DNA of 43,534 nucleotides from a virus. Positions within the stretch are counted from its first letter, which is position 1, and the number at the start of each line of letters is the position of its first letter. Position numbers and translations under genes: made by a program. The notes below the pieces were generated by a model. It worked only from the letters and a program-made list of their open reading frames with translations. It did not search any database and was not told the origin of the DNA. Location: IMG/VR virus record IMGVR_UViG_3300012944_000012. The stretch is one strand, 5' to 3'. Below are positions 16,591-26,114 of the stretch, piece by piece.

Positions 16591-17771
16591 GCGTCTTTTC
16601 CCCGCCGATCCATCCAGCCGGTGGTGCCGATATAAAGCGTGGTGTTGGCGTTGCCCTGATACAGGCGGGTTCGGATTTGCTGCGCCGTATTGGTCATGCA
16701 CCGCGCCCAAACCCCGGCTTGGGTAAGATTTGTCCCCCAATAAGCCACGGCGGTCATCGCGCCCACGATGTTCGGCCCTTGATCGGAAATCGAAGGATCG
16801 GTTAGTAAAATACCGGCTGGGTTATCGGCGGCAGCGGACGTTGCACTCGTAATCAAAAACCCGGTGACAAGTTGAGCCTCCACGCGGATGCCGGGCGGCA
16901 CGGAGATGGCTCTCAAAACCGCAGCGCCGCCGGGATTGGCCACGTTCACGTCTGGCAAGGTCGCATCCCACTGGAACAGATCGCCGTCTTGGATGAACTT
17001 GACCCATTGCGCCGAGGCATTGAGTCGCCCCGAGCCGATCCGCCGAAACAAGGTGTAAGCCGCCGGGATGTTGCTGCCGAAGGTCGGAGCCGCCGCCGAC
17101 AGCGACATGCAGAAATCGACAACGCCAGTGTCGGACCGCTTGATGACGTAGAAATGATACCAGGTGTTGACCGCGCCAGCCGAACCAACATCCAGAAGCC
17201 CGCCACTGCCGGGGGCGGTCCAATTGGCGATGTTACGCGATTGAGCGCTTGGCTTAACCATCATGTCGGCGTTGGTGCTGTCGGTCGCGGCACCGGGCTG
17301 GAAAGTCACTACGTTTGACGCCCCCGGCGTCGAAATGTTGAGCCCGGCAAGGTAGCTGCGCGGTGCGCCGACGACACGGCTATCCACATATTGCTTGGTG
17401 GCGGCCCCGAGTGCCACCGCAGGATCAGCCGCGAGGGTCAACGGACCTGTTAACGCACCACCGGCCAGCGGCAACGCCTTGGCCCAGTCTGCATTTTTGC
17501 GGCCATACAGCGCGCCGTCGTTTGGCGCATCCGGGATGCCGCCGCCGCTCGCAGGGATCAACACATAGCTTTTGGTGACGGTATTGTAGGCGAGAGCATT
17601 GGTATTCGGGACATCGGCGGGCGGCAGGCTCCCGACAATGCCGAAATCATCATAGTTGAGATCGAACAGATATTTGCCGTTTTGCTTGATGACCTTAATG
17701 CCGGTGCGGCCGTCTACATCTGCCGGGAAACTCACACTGGTTTTGAGTTTGACCTTGGGCAGTAGGGCCAT
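16587..17771 (-). CDS. Tail fibre protein (second receptor-binding protein).
   Basis: The N-terminal ~96 aa are homologous to the tailspike N-terminus. GGGIPDAPNDGALYGRKNADW motif. Confidence 0.75.
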   Translation of the reverse strand: MALLPKVKLKTSVSFPADVDGRTGIKVIKQNGKYLFDLNYDDFGIVGSLPPADVPNTNALAYNTVTKSYVLIPASGGGIPDAPNDGALYGRKNADWAKALPLAGGALTGPLTLAADPAVALGAATKQYVDSRVVGAPRSYLAGLNISTPGASNVVTFQPGAATDSTNADMMVKPSAQSRNIANWTAPGSGGLLDVGSAGAVNTWYHFYVIKRSDTGVVDFCMSLSAAAPTFGSNIPAAYTLFRRIGSGRLNASAQWVKFIQDGDLFQWDATLPDVNVANPGGAAVLRAISVPPGIRVEAQLVTGFLITSATSAAADNPAGILLTDPSISDQGPNIVGAMTAVAYWGTNLTQAGVWARCMTNTAQQIRTRLYQGNANTTLYIGTTGWMDRRGKDA

Positions 17772-19765
17772 CAGGCGCTTTCGTAGAAGCCCGACACGAA
17801 GGCAATGTTTCCATCGGCTACCGGGTAAGTGTTGTCATAATTGCCGAGGATCAGCGTGGTGCTGCCTTGAACCACATAGCCTTGCAGCATCTTGCCGGTG
17901 CTGTTGTTGCGGCCGGTGGCGGTAAACGCCTTGCTCCCGGACAGGATCGGCATGTTCGTCACCCGCAAGTCCTGTGCGGCGCTGCCGTTGGTGGTCATGG
18001 TGATGTTGACGTTGTAGAAAACATCCTTGCCTGTCAGCAAATATGATGCCGATACCGCACCCAAGGTGGTGATGACACCGAGGCCCGAGGTCACCACGGG
18101 CGTGAACGCTCTCCAGCCGGAGTAACCGAGATTGTTCGCCCACGAAATGATGCGACCGCTCGTCGTCCATATCACCGCTTGCGAGGTCAGATTGTTGCCC
18201 GTGAGCGCAATGCGGTCGCACGATCCTGCCAGTGTCAAGGCTGCCGTGGTGTTGCCGCGCAAATCATTGTTCGCGATTATGATATCACTGGTAGCACTGC
18301 TGATGATGATGCCCTTGTCATTGCCGGGATACATCGCCGTCGATCCAAATTTGTTGCCGGAAATATTGCCGCCGACAACGCCGTCATACTGGATGGCGGT
18401 GTTCGCGGTGTTTCCGGTCTGCGATGCGATGATCGAGTTGATGACGCTGATGTTGCGTACCGTTCCGCCGCCGGCGTTCGATGCCACGACGCCAGCGGCG
18501 GAATTGCCTATCGTGATCAACTGATCGAACACGACGTTATCGACCGTGCCAACGCCCGAGATGTTGACCCCGTTAACGGTGCCGTACATTTCGCAATTGG
18601 TGAACTCCAGCAAATGGACGATGCCGCCCGACAACGGTGACACCAAGAGCGCATTGCTGGTGCCCTGATCGAAGTCGGTACCGCTGATCTTGGCGAAGAT
18701 GACGGATTGACCGGCCCCCGGCTGGATGGCTCCGGCGTGCGATCCGCCGAGAAACCGGCTGCTGGTGATAGTGACATCGCCGAGATTGCGCAGCATCAAC
18801 CCGGTGTAACCGCCCGCCGCATTGACTTGCACGTTGTGCAGATTAATCGCGAGTCCACCGGAAATATCGATGCCGACCGAGCCGCCTCCAGCAGCAACGC
18901 TTGAAATGTTGACATCGTCCAGCGAGGTCGAAGTTGCGTTGATTAAAATCCCGGTAGAGGGGCCGGAAAGGAACAGATTGTTGAGCTTGCAATTTGATCC
19001 TGTGACGTTGACGTAAATGCCGCTGGTGCGCGGCACGCTGGACGACAACTGAAAGCCTTGGATGGTGATGAAACCGGCCGACAGGTTGAGGATGTCCGCC
19101 GATGGCGAGTTGGTGACGAGCACGGTGGAATTGTATTTTTCGGCAATCCACTTAGCGCCGACCGAGGGGTTGATGGTAGACGTAACCTTGTAGGACGCCG
19201 CCGGGAAAAACAGCGCCTTGCTTTGAGCGGCGGCGGCCAAGTCGGCGGCAATGATCGCCGCCGTGTCATCGGTCGAACCGTTTCCGACCGCGCCGAAATC
19301 CACAACGCTCAGGCGTTCGCGCGCCTTGTTCTGCATGGTGCGCGTGACCGCGCCAGTTCCGGCTTGCAGGAACATGCCATCGCTTGCCGGTACCCACGCC
19401 AGATTTTTGCGGGCGTACAGGGTGCCGTCGTTCGGCGCGTCCGGGATGCCGCCGCCAGTTACTGGCGTCCATCCCAGATTTTTGCGACCGTATAGCGTGC
19501 CGTCATTGGGCGCGTCGGCGATGCCACCGCCACCGAGGATCGACATCGGCGCGCGGACATAGGCTTTGGTGACATCATTGAAGATCAGTGCGTCGCTATT
19601 GGGGATGTCCGCTGGTGGAACGCTGGAAACCCGCGCAAAATCTTCATAGTCGAGATCAAGAAAATATCTGCCGTTCTGCTTGCGCGCATCGATACCCGCG
19701 CCGCCGACCACGTCGGCAGGAAAATTGACCAGTGCTTTAAATTTGAGATCGGGGAAATCGGTCAT
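17771..19765 (-). CDS. Tailspike with a pectate-lyase-like right-handed beta-helix (putative depolymerase).
   Basis: LSVVDFGAVGNGSTDDTAAI signature, then long Gly/Asn/Ser/Ile-rich coil repeats; 664 aa. Confidence 0.8.
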   Translation of the reverse strand: MTDFPDLKFKALVNFPADVVGGAGIDARKQNGRYFLDLDYEDFARVSSVPPADIPNSDALIFNDVTKAYVRAPMSILGGGGIADAPNDGTLYGRKNLGWTPVTGGGIPDAPNDGTLYARKNLAWVPASDGMFLQAGTGAVTRTMQNKARERLSVVDFGAVGNGSTDDTAAIIAADLAAAAQSKALFFPAASYKVTSTINPSVGAKWIAEKYNSTVLVTNSPSADILNLSAGFITIQGFQLSSSVPRTSGIYVNVTGSNCKLNNLFLSGPSTGILINATSTSLDDVNISSVAAGGGSVGIDISGGLAINLHNVQVNAAGGYTGLMLRNLGDVTITSSRFLGGSHAGAIQPGAGQSVIFAKISGTDFDQGTSNALLVSPLSGGIVHLLEFTNCEMYGTVNGVNISGVGTVDNVVFDQLITIGNSAAGVVASNAGGGTVRNISVINSIIASQTGNTANTAIQYDGVVGGNISGNKFGSTAMYPGNDKGIIISSATSDIIIANNDLRGNTTAALTLAGSCDRIALTGNNLTSQAVIWTTSGRIISWANNLGYSGWRAFTPVVTSGLGVITTLGAVSASYLLTGKDVFYNVNITMTTNGSAAQDLRVTNMPILSGSKAFTATGRNNSTGKMLQGYVVQGSTTLILGNYDNTYPVADGNIAFVSGFYESA

Positions 19766-20100
19766 GGCACCACGCCATCGACAATCGGCAAGGGACCGAC
19801 ACTCAATTGAATGGTTTGCGTGCCGTCATCGTTGGTCAGGGTCAGGCCGGTATCGCACTGGCCGGGACAGAAGCCCTGCATGTCATCCAGCGTGAAGAAC
19901 CAGCGGAAGGTGCCGAGCGCGACGATGGTCAGCTTGCCGTTGTCGGTCGAGGCTTCCAGCAAGCGACCGTTTTTGTCGCGAACCACGAACACCATCGAAC
20001 ACGCGGACAGATCGAGGGGGTTGTCATCGAGATCGGTCACCAGTCCGACGAACACCCAAGAAGCGCGGTTGGATTGCGGCGGGAACGTCACATGATACAT
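19762..20100 (-). CDS. Hypothetical tail-associated protein.
   Basis: 112 aa, translationally coupled within the tail gene block. Confidence 0.6.
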   Translation of the reverse strand: MYHVTFPPQSNRASWVFVGLVTDLDDNPLDLSACSMVFVVRDKNGRLLEASTDNGKLTIVALGTFRWFFTLDDMQGFCPGQCDTGLTLTNDDGTQTIQLSVGPLPIVDGVVP

Positions 20101-20104
20101 GGCA

Positions 20105-21082
20105 CTACAGCTTCATGTAAAGGGTGCAGAGCTTGCGCGGGTTCATGACCGAGATCGGCTGACCGGCCAATCCTGTGCCGCCATCGGTCACAAAGTTATG
20201 CGAGTGATCGAGGTTGACCGGGTTGATGACAGCAGCCGCCCCGACCGAATATGGGCCACTGGCCCAATTTCCCGCACCGCCAGCGGGGCCTATATTTCGG
20301 ATCGCATCGGACGAGTGCGCATGAGTCGCGTTTTGGTTCATGCCAGCGGTCACGCCGTTGTGGACATGCGCCGGAACATTGGCGATCAGAATGGCGATGG
20401 CTTGCCCGCCTCCCGCTGCGCCGAGCACCAGCGGCGACACCCCGAAATACTGCGTCGTCAACCGGCCTGACGGCGCATTGCCCATGTCATCGAGCGCGCC
20501 CATCGCGTAGCCGCGCCAGTCCGGCAACGTCAGTTGCTTGTTGGCCGACCAGTCCGCCGCCGCGCTCACGCCACGCCCGCCGCTGACAACCAACGACGGA
20601 TCGACACCCCAGAGATATTGAAACAGGTTTTGCGTGTCGGCGTTGGCGCGTTCGGTCGCGCCGGATACTGCCGAGCCAATGGTCAGCGCATTGAGCCGGA
20701 CATAGCCGCCGAGCACGCCGATACCATAACGGGCGATGATGTTGCCCATCTGCACCAGCGCGTTGGAATCGACCGGCGTGCCGCCGCCGCCGCCCGCCGA
20801 AGGGCCGATCACTTGGATGCCGTCAGAGGCGAGTTGCACCACGCCGCGCGCGTCCTGCAATCGTATCTTGATAAAACCATCGGCCAGAAAGATTTGCGGA
20901 ATCCGCCCGGCCGCGTCCAGCGTGATCGGGTACGGCAGCTTGATCGTGAGTTGCGAGTCCTGAAACCCGTCCTGCGGCGTTGACACCGTCCCGGCCACGA
21001 TCAGGAACAGTTGGCCACCCTTCAACGGTTTGCCGAATTCGTCAAACTGTTGCGTCATGCTGAGCGGGATGGTGCCTGACAT
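20105..21082 (-). CDS. Tail fibre with a phage tail-collar-like domain.
   Basis: LPDWRGYAMGALDDMG... resembles the tail-collar/MdpB pattern. Start at MSGTIPL. Confidence 0.7.
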   Translation of the reverse strand: MSGTIPLSMTQQFDEFGKPLKGGQLFLIVAGTVSTPQDGFQDSQLTIKLPYPITLDAAGRIPQIFLADGFIKIRLQDARGVVQLASDGIQVIGPSAGGGGGTPVDSNALVQMGNIIARYGIGVLGGYVRLNALTIGSAVSGATERANADTQNLFQYLWGVDPSLVVSGGRGVSAAADWSANKQLTLPDWRGYAMGALDDMGNAPSGRLTTQYFGVSPLVLGAAGGGQAIAILIANVPAHVHNGVTAGMNQNATHAHSSDAIRNIGPAGGAGNWASGPYSVGAAAVINPVNLDHSHNFVTDGGTGLAGQPISVMNPRKLCTLYMKL

Positions 21083-21093
21083 GCTTGCCCCAA

Positions 21094-21118
21094 TAAAAAA
21101 GCCCGCTCGCGCGGGCTT
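21094..21118 (-). terminator. Intra-operon rho-independent terminator (minus strand).
   Basis: The minus strand reads GCCCGC-gcga-GCGGGC followed by TTTTTT. Confidence 0.65.
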
Positions 21119-21141
21119 GGTGTTCGGGATTTCGTTTGGTG

Positions 21142-23283
21142 TTACTGTTGCGCGTCTTTGGTGTTCTGGCCGCCGCGCGTCGCCAGATAGGTCAGTTGCG
21201 CCGCCGTCGCCAGCGCCCGCGCGGATTGCGGCGGCTCCGTCGCCAGCCGCCGGAACAGCGAGGCCGCGCGCGGGTTGGTCAGGATGTCGGCGACCTGTCC
21301 CATGTTGGCCCCCAGCCGCCACTCCTGCATTTTCTGGTTGATCTTCGATGGCAGCTTGACGCCTGCGCTCGCCACCCCGGACAGTGCTTCGCCGACGATG
21401 CCCGCCTGCTTCAGGCGGTTCATCAATTCGGTGTTGAACGAGGTCTGCGAGCCGATCCGCTGCCGCTGCCCTTGCGCCTCCAGCACCTGTAAAAACCGAT
21501 TGAACCCGTCATTGGCCTGCCCGCCGCGCAAGGCGGTAATCGCGGCGTCAAGATTGCGGGCCTGCTGCGGATTGCCGCGCAACACCGCCGCGAACCCGGC
21601 ACCGCCGAACTCGTTGGCCCCGGACTGCAAGCGCTGCACCGCCTCGTCAAAGGTCTGCTCAATGTGCGCGCGCACCAGTTGCCGCGCCGCGCTGGGATTG
21701 CGCGCCGCCAGCGTCGTCACCGCTTGCGAGATTTGCCGCTCGCCGCCCGACAGCAATTTGCCCTCCGGAAACAGCGCCGTGATCGCGCGTTGCGTGTCGA
21801 TGTCTTTCTTGGCCAGCGTTCCAAGCGGGCCGTGCATCAACGGCTCCAGAAACTGCCGGCGGCCCTCGCGCTCGATGGCGAGCGCGGTGGCGTAGGCCGA
21901 CGATTTGGCTTCCGCGATTTGCTTGACCGCCGACGCCGACATTTCATGGCTGGATTGCACGGCGCGATCCCGGCCGCCCGGCGTAAATTTCGAGGCGGCA
22001 TCTTCCGCCAGCTTGTCGAAATGGATTTTGATCCGGTTCAACACGCCGACGCTGTTGTCCGGCAGATGCGCAATCCGCCACGCATCCGGCGTGTTGCGCA
22101 CCGCATGCAACGCCGCGCCAAAACCGGGGATGGCTTCGGCGGGCCGGGGGATCGGTTGCAGTTGCGGCAGCACCACCGAGGCGCGCCGGTTCGGCTGCGC
22201 TGCAATGAAATCCCGGACCGCCTGCAAATCGGTTTCTTGGCGGCGGCGCGGATGGATCGCGGCCCACTCTTGCGGCGAAAATCTCTCGCCTTCCGCCGCC
22301 TGATAATACGGCCGCGCCGCCGCGTTGATATCCTGCTGCACGTCGGCCAGATGCTCCCGTGCCGCCGTGCCAACGGCAGGGCCAACCGCAAACGGATCGG
22401 TCGGCGGCGGCGCGACGGTGTCGAACTGTTGCCGCGCGGTCGCTCGAAGCTGTTGCGGACGCTGCGCCATGAACGGACGCAACTCCCCGGCCCCTTCGGC
22501 GACGCGCTGGATATTACCGAGATTGGTTGCGCCGCCCGAGACATATTGCAGGGCTTCGGCCCGCGTCAGCGGATTGCCAATCTGTTGCGCGTGTTGAAAC
22601 AGCCGTTCGGCTTCATCGACTTGCGCGGGCGTGGCCCCGCGCGCCGCGCGGGCCACCGCCGCCTGTGCGGCGTTCGGAGATGTCGCCCATGCGCCAGCGC
22701 CGCCCGACAGCAACGCTGCGCCGCCGCGCGCATACGGTTCAAGGTCGCTGCCCTTGGTGGCCTGACCGGCCGCCTCCGAAACCAGACCCGGCACGATGCC
22801 TTGCGCGATCACATTACGCGCCACGCTACCCGGCCCGAGCACGGCGGCGGGGATAAATTCAGCGGCGGTTTGCGCATACTCGCCGGGCGTCGTCGTCGGG
22901 GTATGCTGGAGCCCCGACGCTGCATGGATCGCCGCGCCGCCCCAATCCTCCAGCGTCTGCCGTGAGATCAGCGCCCGCTTGTCTTCCTCCGCTTGGACAT
23001 CTTCAAACGGCCGATCCTGCACATAGGCCCGCCCCTGATTGAGCAGCCAAGTCGCGCCGCGCGCGACATCGGCGGGCAACCCGGCGAGCCCGGCCACGCC
23101 CCTGTCAAGCCCGGACACAATCGATTTTCCAATATCTTTGGCGGTGTCAAGCCCGCCGCTGTCGGGTATATCGTCAAAGGTCAGGATCCGGTCCTTGCGC
23201 GGCGTGGCGATGACAACGCGCTTGACGCCCTCCGGTGTCCGGTCAGGGCTATCGGGGACATCATCAAAGGTTAAAACGCCCAT
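21142..23283 (-). CDS. Large internal virion/ejection-type protein (putative).
   Basis: 713 aa, Ala/Gln-rich, third of three large genes between the head and tail blocks. AAGAGG RBS. N-terminal duplicated LTFDD(V/I)PDS motif. Confidence 0.6.
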   Translation of the reverse strand: MGVLTFDDVPDSPDRTPEGVKRVVIATPRKDRILTFDDIPDSGGLDTAKDIGKSIVSGLDRGVAGLAGLPADVARGATWLLNQGRAYVQDRPFEDVQAEEDKRALISRQTLEDWGGAAIHAASGLQHTPTTTPGEYAQTAAEFIPAAVLGPGSVARNVIAQGIVPGLVSEAAGQATKGSDLEPYARGGAALLSGGAGAWATSPNAAQAAVARAARGATPAQVDEAERLFQHAQQIGNPLTRAEALQYVSGGATNLGNIQRVAEGAGELRPFMAQRPQQLRATARQQFDTVAPPPTDPFAVGPAVGTAAREHLADVQQDINAAARPYYQAAEGERFSPQEWAAIHPRRRQETDLQAVRDFIAAQPNRRASVVLPQLQPIPRPAEAIPGFGAALHAVRNTPDAWRIAHLPDNSVGVLNRIKIHFDKLAEDAASKFTPGGRDRAVQSSHEMSASAVKQIAEAKSSAYATALAIEREGRRQFLEPLMHGPLGTLAKKDIDTQRAITALFPEGKLLSGGERQISQAVTTLAARNPSAARQLVRAHIEQTFDEAVQRLQSGANEFGGAGFAAVLRGNPQQARNLDAAITALRGGQANDGFNRFLQVLEAQGQRQRIGSQTSFNTELMNRLKQAGIVGEALSGVASAGVKLPSKINQKMQEWRLGANMGQVADILTNPRAASLFRRLATEPPQSARALATAAQLTYLATRGGQNTKDAQQ

Positions 23284-23575
23284 GCAACCTCTTGTGAAGC
23301 TGGTTCAAGCCGTGATCTTTTTCGGCACCATCGCCATTTTCTACACGGTCAAGGGTGCCCCGCATGACAACGCGCTGGCCGTGATCGTGCTCGCCGTTTT
23401 CATGGTCTTGATCCTGACCGTGATCCCGTGGCTGATTTGGCAAGCGATCAAGCAACTCTATCGCGATCTAAAGCCCGTCCGTGGGCAGTCCGGCGTTCTG
23501 CAATTGCCTGAGAACAGCGTCCCGCGCGCCGGGGTTGCGGGCGATTTTCGCCCGAGCGTTCGCGATAGACTGTGA
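23282..23575 (+). CDS. Candidate opposite-strand two-TM membrane protein.
   Basis: MQPLVKLVQAVIFFGTIAIFYTV...LAVIVLAVFMVLILTVIPWLIW.... Strong third-position GC across the 184-bp gap in the minus-strand operon. The tail overlaps the 539-aa gene antisense. Confidence 0.4.
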   Translation: MQPLVKLVQAVIFFGTIAIFYTVKGAPHDNALAVIVLAVFMVLILTVIPWLIWQAIKQLYRDLKPVRGQSGVLQLPENSVPRAGVAGDFRPSVRDRL

Positions 23576-25087
23576 GACTTCATCCGGCGTCCGGGGCGCT
23601 TCGGCTGCTGGCGCTTGTGAGGTTTGGGGCGCTTGTGATGGTTGTGATGTTGGCGGCGCGGCGGCGTCCTCCGGTCCCATCTTGAAGCCGCGTTGCTTGA
23701 ACTCCATGAACCGTTTGTACGGGCTTGGCAGTTCGCGCATCTTCTGCAAGGCTTCCTTGTGGCTGATTTCGTTGGCCAGCGCCAAATCGGCGATCCGCGC
23801 CACCTCCATGCGATACTCGGCTTTCGCGGTCATGGTGGCGTCGATGATGTCGTTGCCGCCCGGCTGGTTGATCAGCGCTGGCAACGAACCCATGTACAGC
23901 CGTTCCTCATAGTTCGAGGTTGCGCCCGAGCCGGGCGGACGCTGCAACGGCGTGGCCTTTTTGATCAGTGCCGAGTAAGCGCCGATTTCATCCGTGCTCT
24001 TGCCAAGCGGGATGCCGTACTCTAGCGCCTTGCCCTGTAGCGCGGCCTTGCCGCCGGTTTTGAACGTCTGCCGCAAATCGCGCAGTTGTTCCACCGTGGA
24101 TAAATCCTCCTTCGCCGCCTGCCCCTGCTGGCTTAGTTCGTCAAATCGCTTGGTCAGAACCTTGGCCCCTTCGGTCTTGGCGGCGGCTTCGGTTCGTTGA
24201 TCGATGGTGGTCGCACCGCTCTTGCGCAGCGCCAGTTCGAGTTGCAATCGCCCATCGGGGCGGCCCTCATACTGCGTGCCCTTGGCGAGATCATCGAGAA
24301 ACTGGATACGCTCGTTCGGCTTGGCGTTGTCCAGTTCGCGTTTCAACATTTCTTGCGCAAACTTTTTTTGATCCTCGCTGGCATCCGGCGACAGCATCGC
24401 GCCCACATAAGACCGCGCTTGCGGCATGGTTCGCAACTGCGCGGTTGGTGTCGCATCCGCAGCAGCGGCAGCAGCGGGCGGCGGGGCTGGCGCAACGGGG
24501 GCTGGAACAGCGGCTGGCGCAACGCCGGTCGGCCGGGCCGCATCGAACCGCTGCGCAAACGAGAGCGGTTGCGAGAGTGGTTGATCGGGACGCGCGGCTG
24601 GCAACGGCGTCGCAGATGGTCCCGGATACAGCCCGCGCGCCATGCCTTCCGCATCGCCAACCACCGTTGGCGTCGAGGCCACCGGAGCGCGGGCTTGCGG
24701 CGCTTCTTCGTCGTCGGCGGCGTTCGGCACAAGGCCGGGCGCGGGATTGACCTTGGTGGATGGCGCGGGGGCGATGGTCTGCGCCGCGCCGGGCGGGTTA
24801 AACACATTGCCCATGAAGTCTGCGGAAAATTGCCGCGCCAAGCCTTCCTTGCGCTGCTGTTCGGCCAGCGCGAGAAATTTCAGCATCGATCCGGTATCGC
24901 CCATTTCGGCGAGTTGCCCGGCCGCGCTGCGATAATCGACATTGCCCGCCGCCAATTGCTTGCCGAGATCGGATAGCTTCTGCTGGTTCTGCGCCTTCTT
25001 GTAGACCTCGCCAAGGTTCGCCAGCGGCGAAAAATCGTAACTGGAGTTGATGTTGGCTTGCGGAATTTGCAGCGGTGCAATCGCCAT
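23468..25087 (-). CDS. Internal virion/ejection-type protein (putative).
   Basis: 539 aa with a Pro/Ala low-complexity centre; assigned by position. Confidence 0.6.
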   Translation of the reverse strand: MAIAPLQIPQANINSSYDFSPLANLGEVYKKAQNQQKLSDLGKQLAAGNVDYRSAAGQLAEMGDTGSMLKFLALAEQQRKEGLARQFSADFMGNVFNPPGAAQTIAPAPSTKVNPAPGLVPNAADDEEAPQARAPVASTPTVVGDAEGMARGLYPGPSATPLPAARPDQPLSQPLSFAQRFDAARPTGVAPAAVPAPVAPAPPPAAAAAADATPTAQLRTMPQARSYVGAMLSPDASEDQKKFAQEMLKRELDNAKPNERIQFLDDLAKGTQYEGRPDGRLQLELALRKSGATTIDQRTEAAAKTEGAKVLTKRFDELSQQGQAAKEDLSTVEQLRDLRQTFKTGGKAALQGKALEYGIPLGKSTDEIGAYSALIKKATPLQRPPGSGATSNYEERLYMGSLPALINQPGGNDIIDATMTAKAEYRMEVARIADLALANEISHKEALQKMRELPSPYKRFMEFKQRGFKMGPEDAAAPPTSQPSQAPQTSQAPAAEAPRTPDEVSQSIANARAKIARNPGARDAVLRQLQNAGLPTDGL

Positions 25088-25089
25088 GG

Positions 25090-25920
25090 CTACCTCGCCG
25101 GACCGTAATAGCTGCTGCCGAAGATGCCCGGATTGTTCTGTTGCCAGTTCTGCCCCAACAAACTGCCGAGGCCCGATGATGCCGCGCCCGATACCGCGCC
25201 GCCAAGCCCGCTGGAGCCGAGCACACCACCAAGCAAACCGCCGCCCGCGCCGCCAAGCGCGAGCGTCGCCAGCGACAACCCGGCCCCCAGCGCATTGCGC
25301 GCGCCCGACGCCTCGCCCTGCGCCTGTAAATTGTTGGCGCTGGCCAGTCCTGACGTGGTGCCGCCGAGCAAGCCGACTTGGTTCTCCGCGTACTTGGTGC
25401 CGAGATCGGCGAGACTGCCATAGGTCGCCGCCTGCCCGGTGGCCGCGCCCGAGGTCGCCTGTAGTTCCGGCGACACCAAGCCGCCGAGATTTCCCAGCCA
25501 GGTATTGTATTGCTGGTTTTGCAAATTCTGCCCGAAGGTCTGCGCGTCGATGTCGGCATTGCCGGACGCCGCCATGCCCATCGAAGCGCGCCGCCGGTTG
25601 ATGGTATCGAGTCCGGCATCGATGGCCCCGCTATAGCCCGGCGCGTTGGTGAACGCCGCTTGCGCGGCGGCGGTGCCTTGCGGCCCGCCTGCCCCCAGCG
25701 CGCCCAAATAAAGATCGGTGCCCGTGCCGTATTTCTTGGCAAGATCGGTCAGCGGCGAGAACGCGCCAAGGGCTTGATTGAGGTTGGTCTGGCCGGTGTT
25801 GTAGCCGGTCTGGAGATATCCGGTGCCCTGTCCCTGATAGCTATTATAGAGCGCGCGATTTTTGTCAGCCGCTTCCGCTTCGGCACCGCCGCCGAACAGG
25901 GTTGACAGGAAGGAGGCCAT
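25090..25920 (-). CDS. Gly-rich internal virion protein (putative).
   Basis: 276 aa with a Gly/Ala/Ser-rich C-terminus; assigned by position. Confidence 0.6.
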   Translation of the reverse strand: MASFLSTLFGGGAEAEAADKNRALYNSYQGQGTGYLQTGYNTGQTNLNQALGAFSPLTDLAKKYGTGTDLYLGALGAGGPQGTAAAQAAFTNAPGYSGAIDAGLDTINRRRASMGMAASGNADIDAQTFGQNLQNQQYNTWLGNLGGLVSPELQATSGAATGQAATYGSLADLGTKYAENQVGLLGGTTSGLASANNLQAQGEASGARNALGAGLSLATLALGGAGGGLLGGVLGSSGLGGAVSGAASSGLGSLLGQNWQQNNPGIFGSSYYGPAR

Positions 25921-26114
25921 CAGTTTGCTCCCGGCAGGAACTTCTTAAGTGCTGCGTTCCAGATCAGCACTTGGCCGTTGGTCAGTGTCGCGGGGTTCAC
26001 TTCGGAAAACAGATTGGCGAACGTCGCCAGCGCTTGCAGTTTTTCGTACCAGATCGGATCAACGCCCTGCGGCGTATCGAGGGTGACGGTCTGTGCGGGC
26101 AGAACAACCTTCAC
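25920..26114 (-). CDS. Hypothetical small virion-module protein.
   Basis: GTG start overlapping the upstream stop (GTGA). The longer ORF would overlap the upstream gene by 100 nt. Confidence 0.4.
   Translation of the reverse strand: MKVVLPAQTVTLDTPQGVDPIWYEKLQALATFANLFSEVNPATLTNGQVLIWNAALKKFLPGAN

Noticed and set aside
16587-21082. A diversity-generating retroelement or invertible (shufflon/Gin-type) tail-fibre switch.
   Set aside because: There is no reverse transcriptase anywhere and no TR/VR-type ~100-bp repeat near the fibre 3-prime ends. The fibre genes are co-oriented without flanking inverted repeats, and the serine recombinase is about 16 kb away.
23264-23455. The 63-aa minus-strand ORF in the gap of the ejection-protein operon.
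   Set aside because: Its Asp/His/Gly/Gln-rich composition and frame overlap with the 713-aa gene start fit the antisense shadow of the plus-strand TM-coding frame. The plus-strand ORF is therefore preferred, though itself only at moderate confidence.
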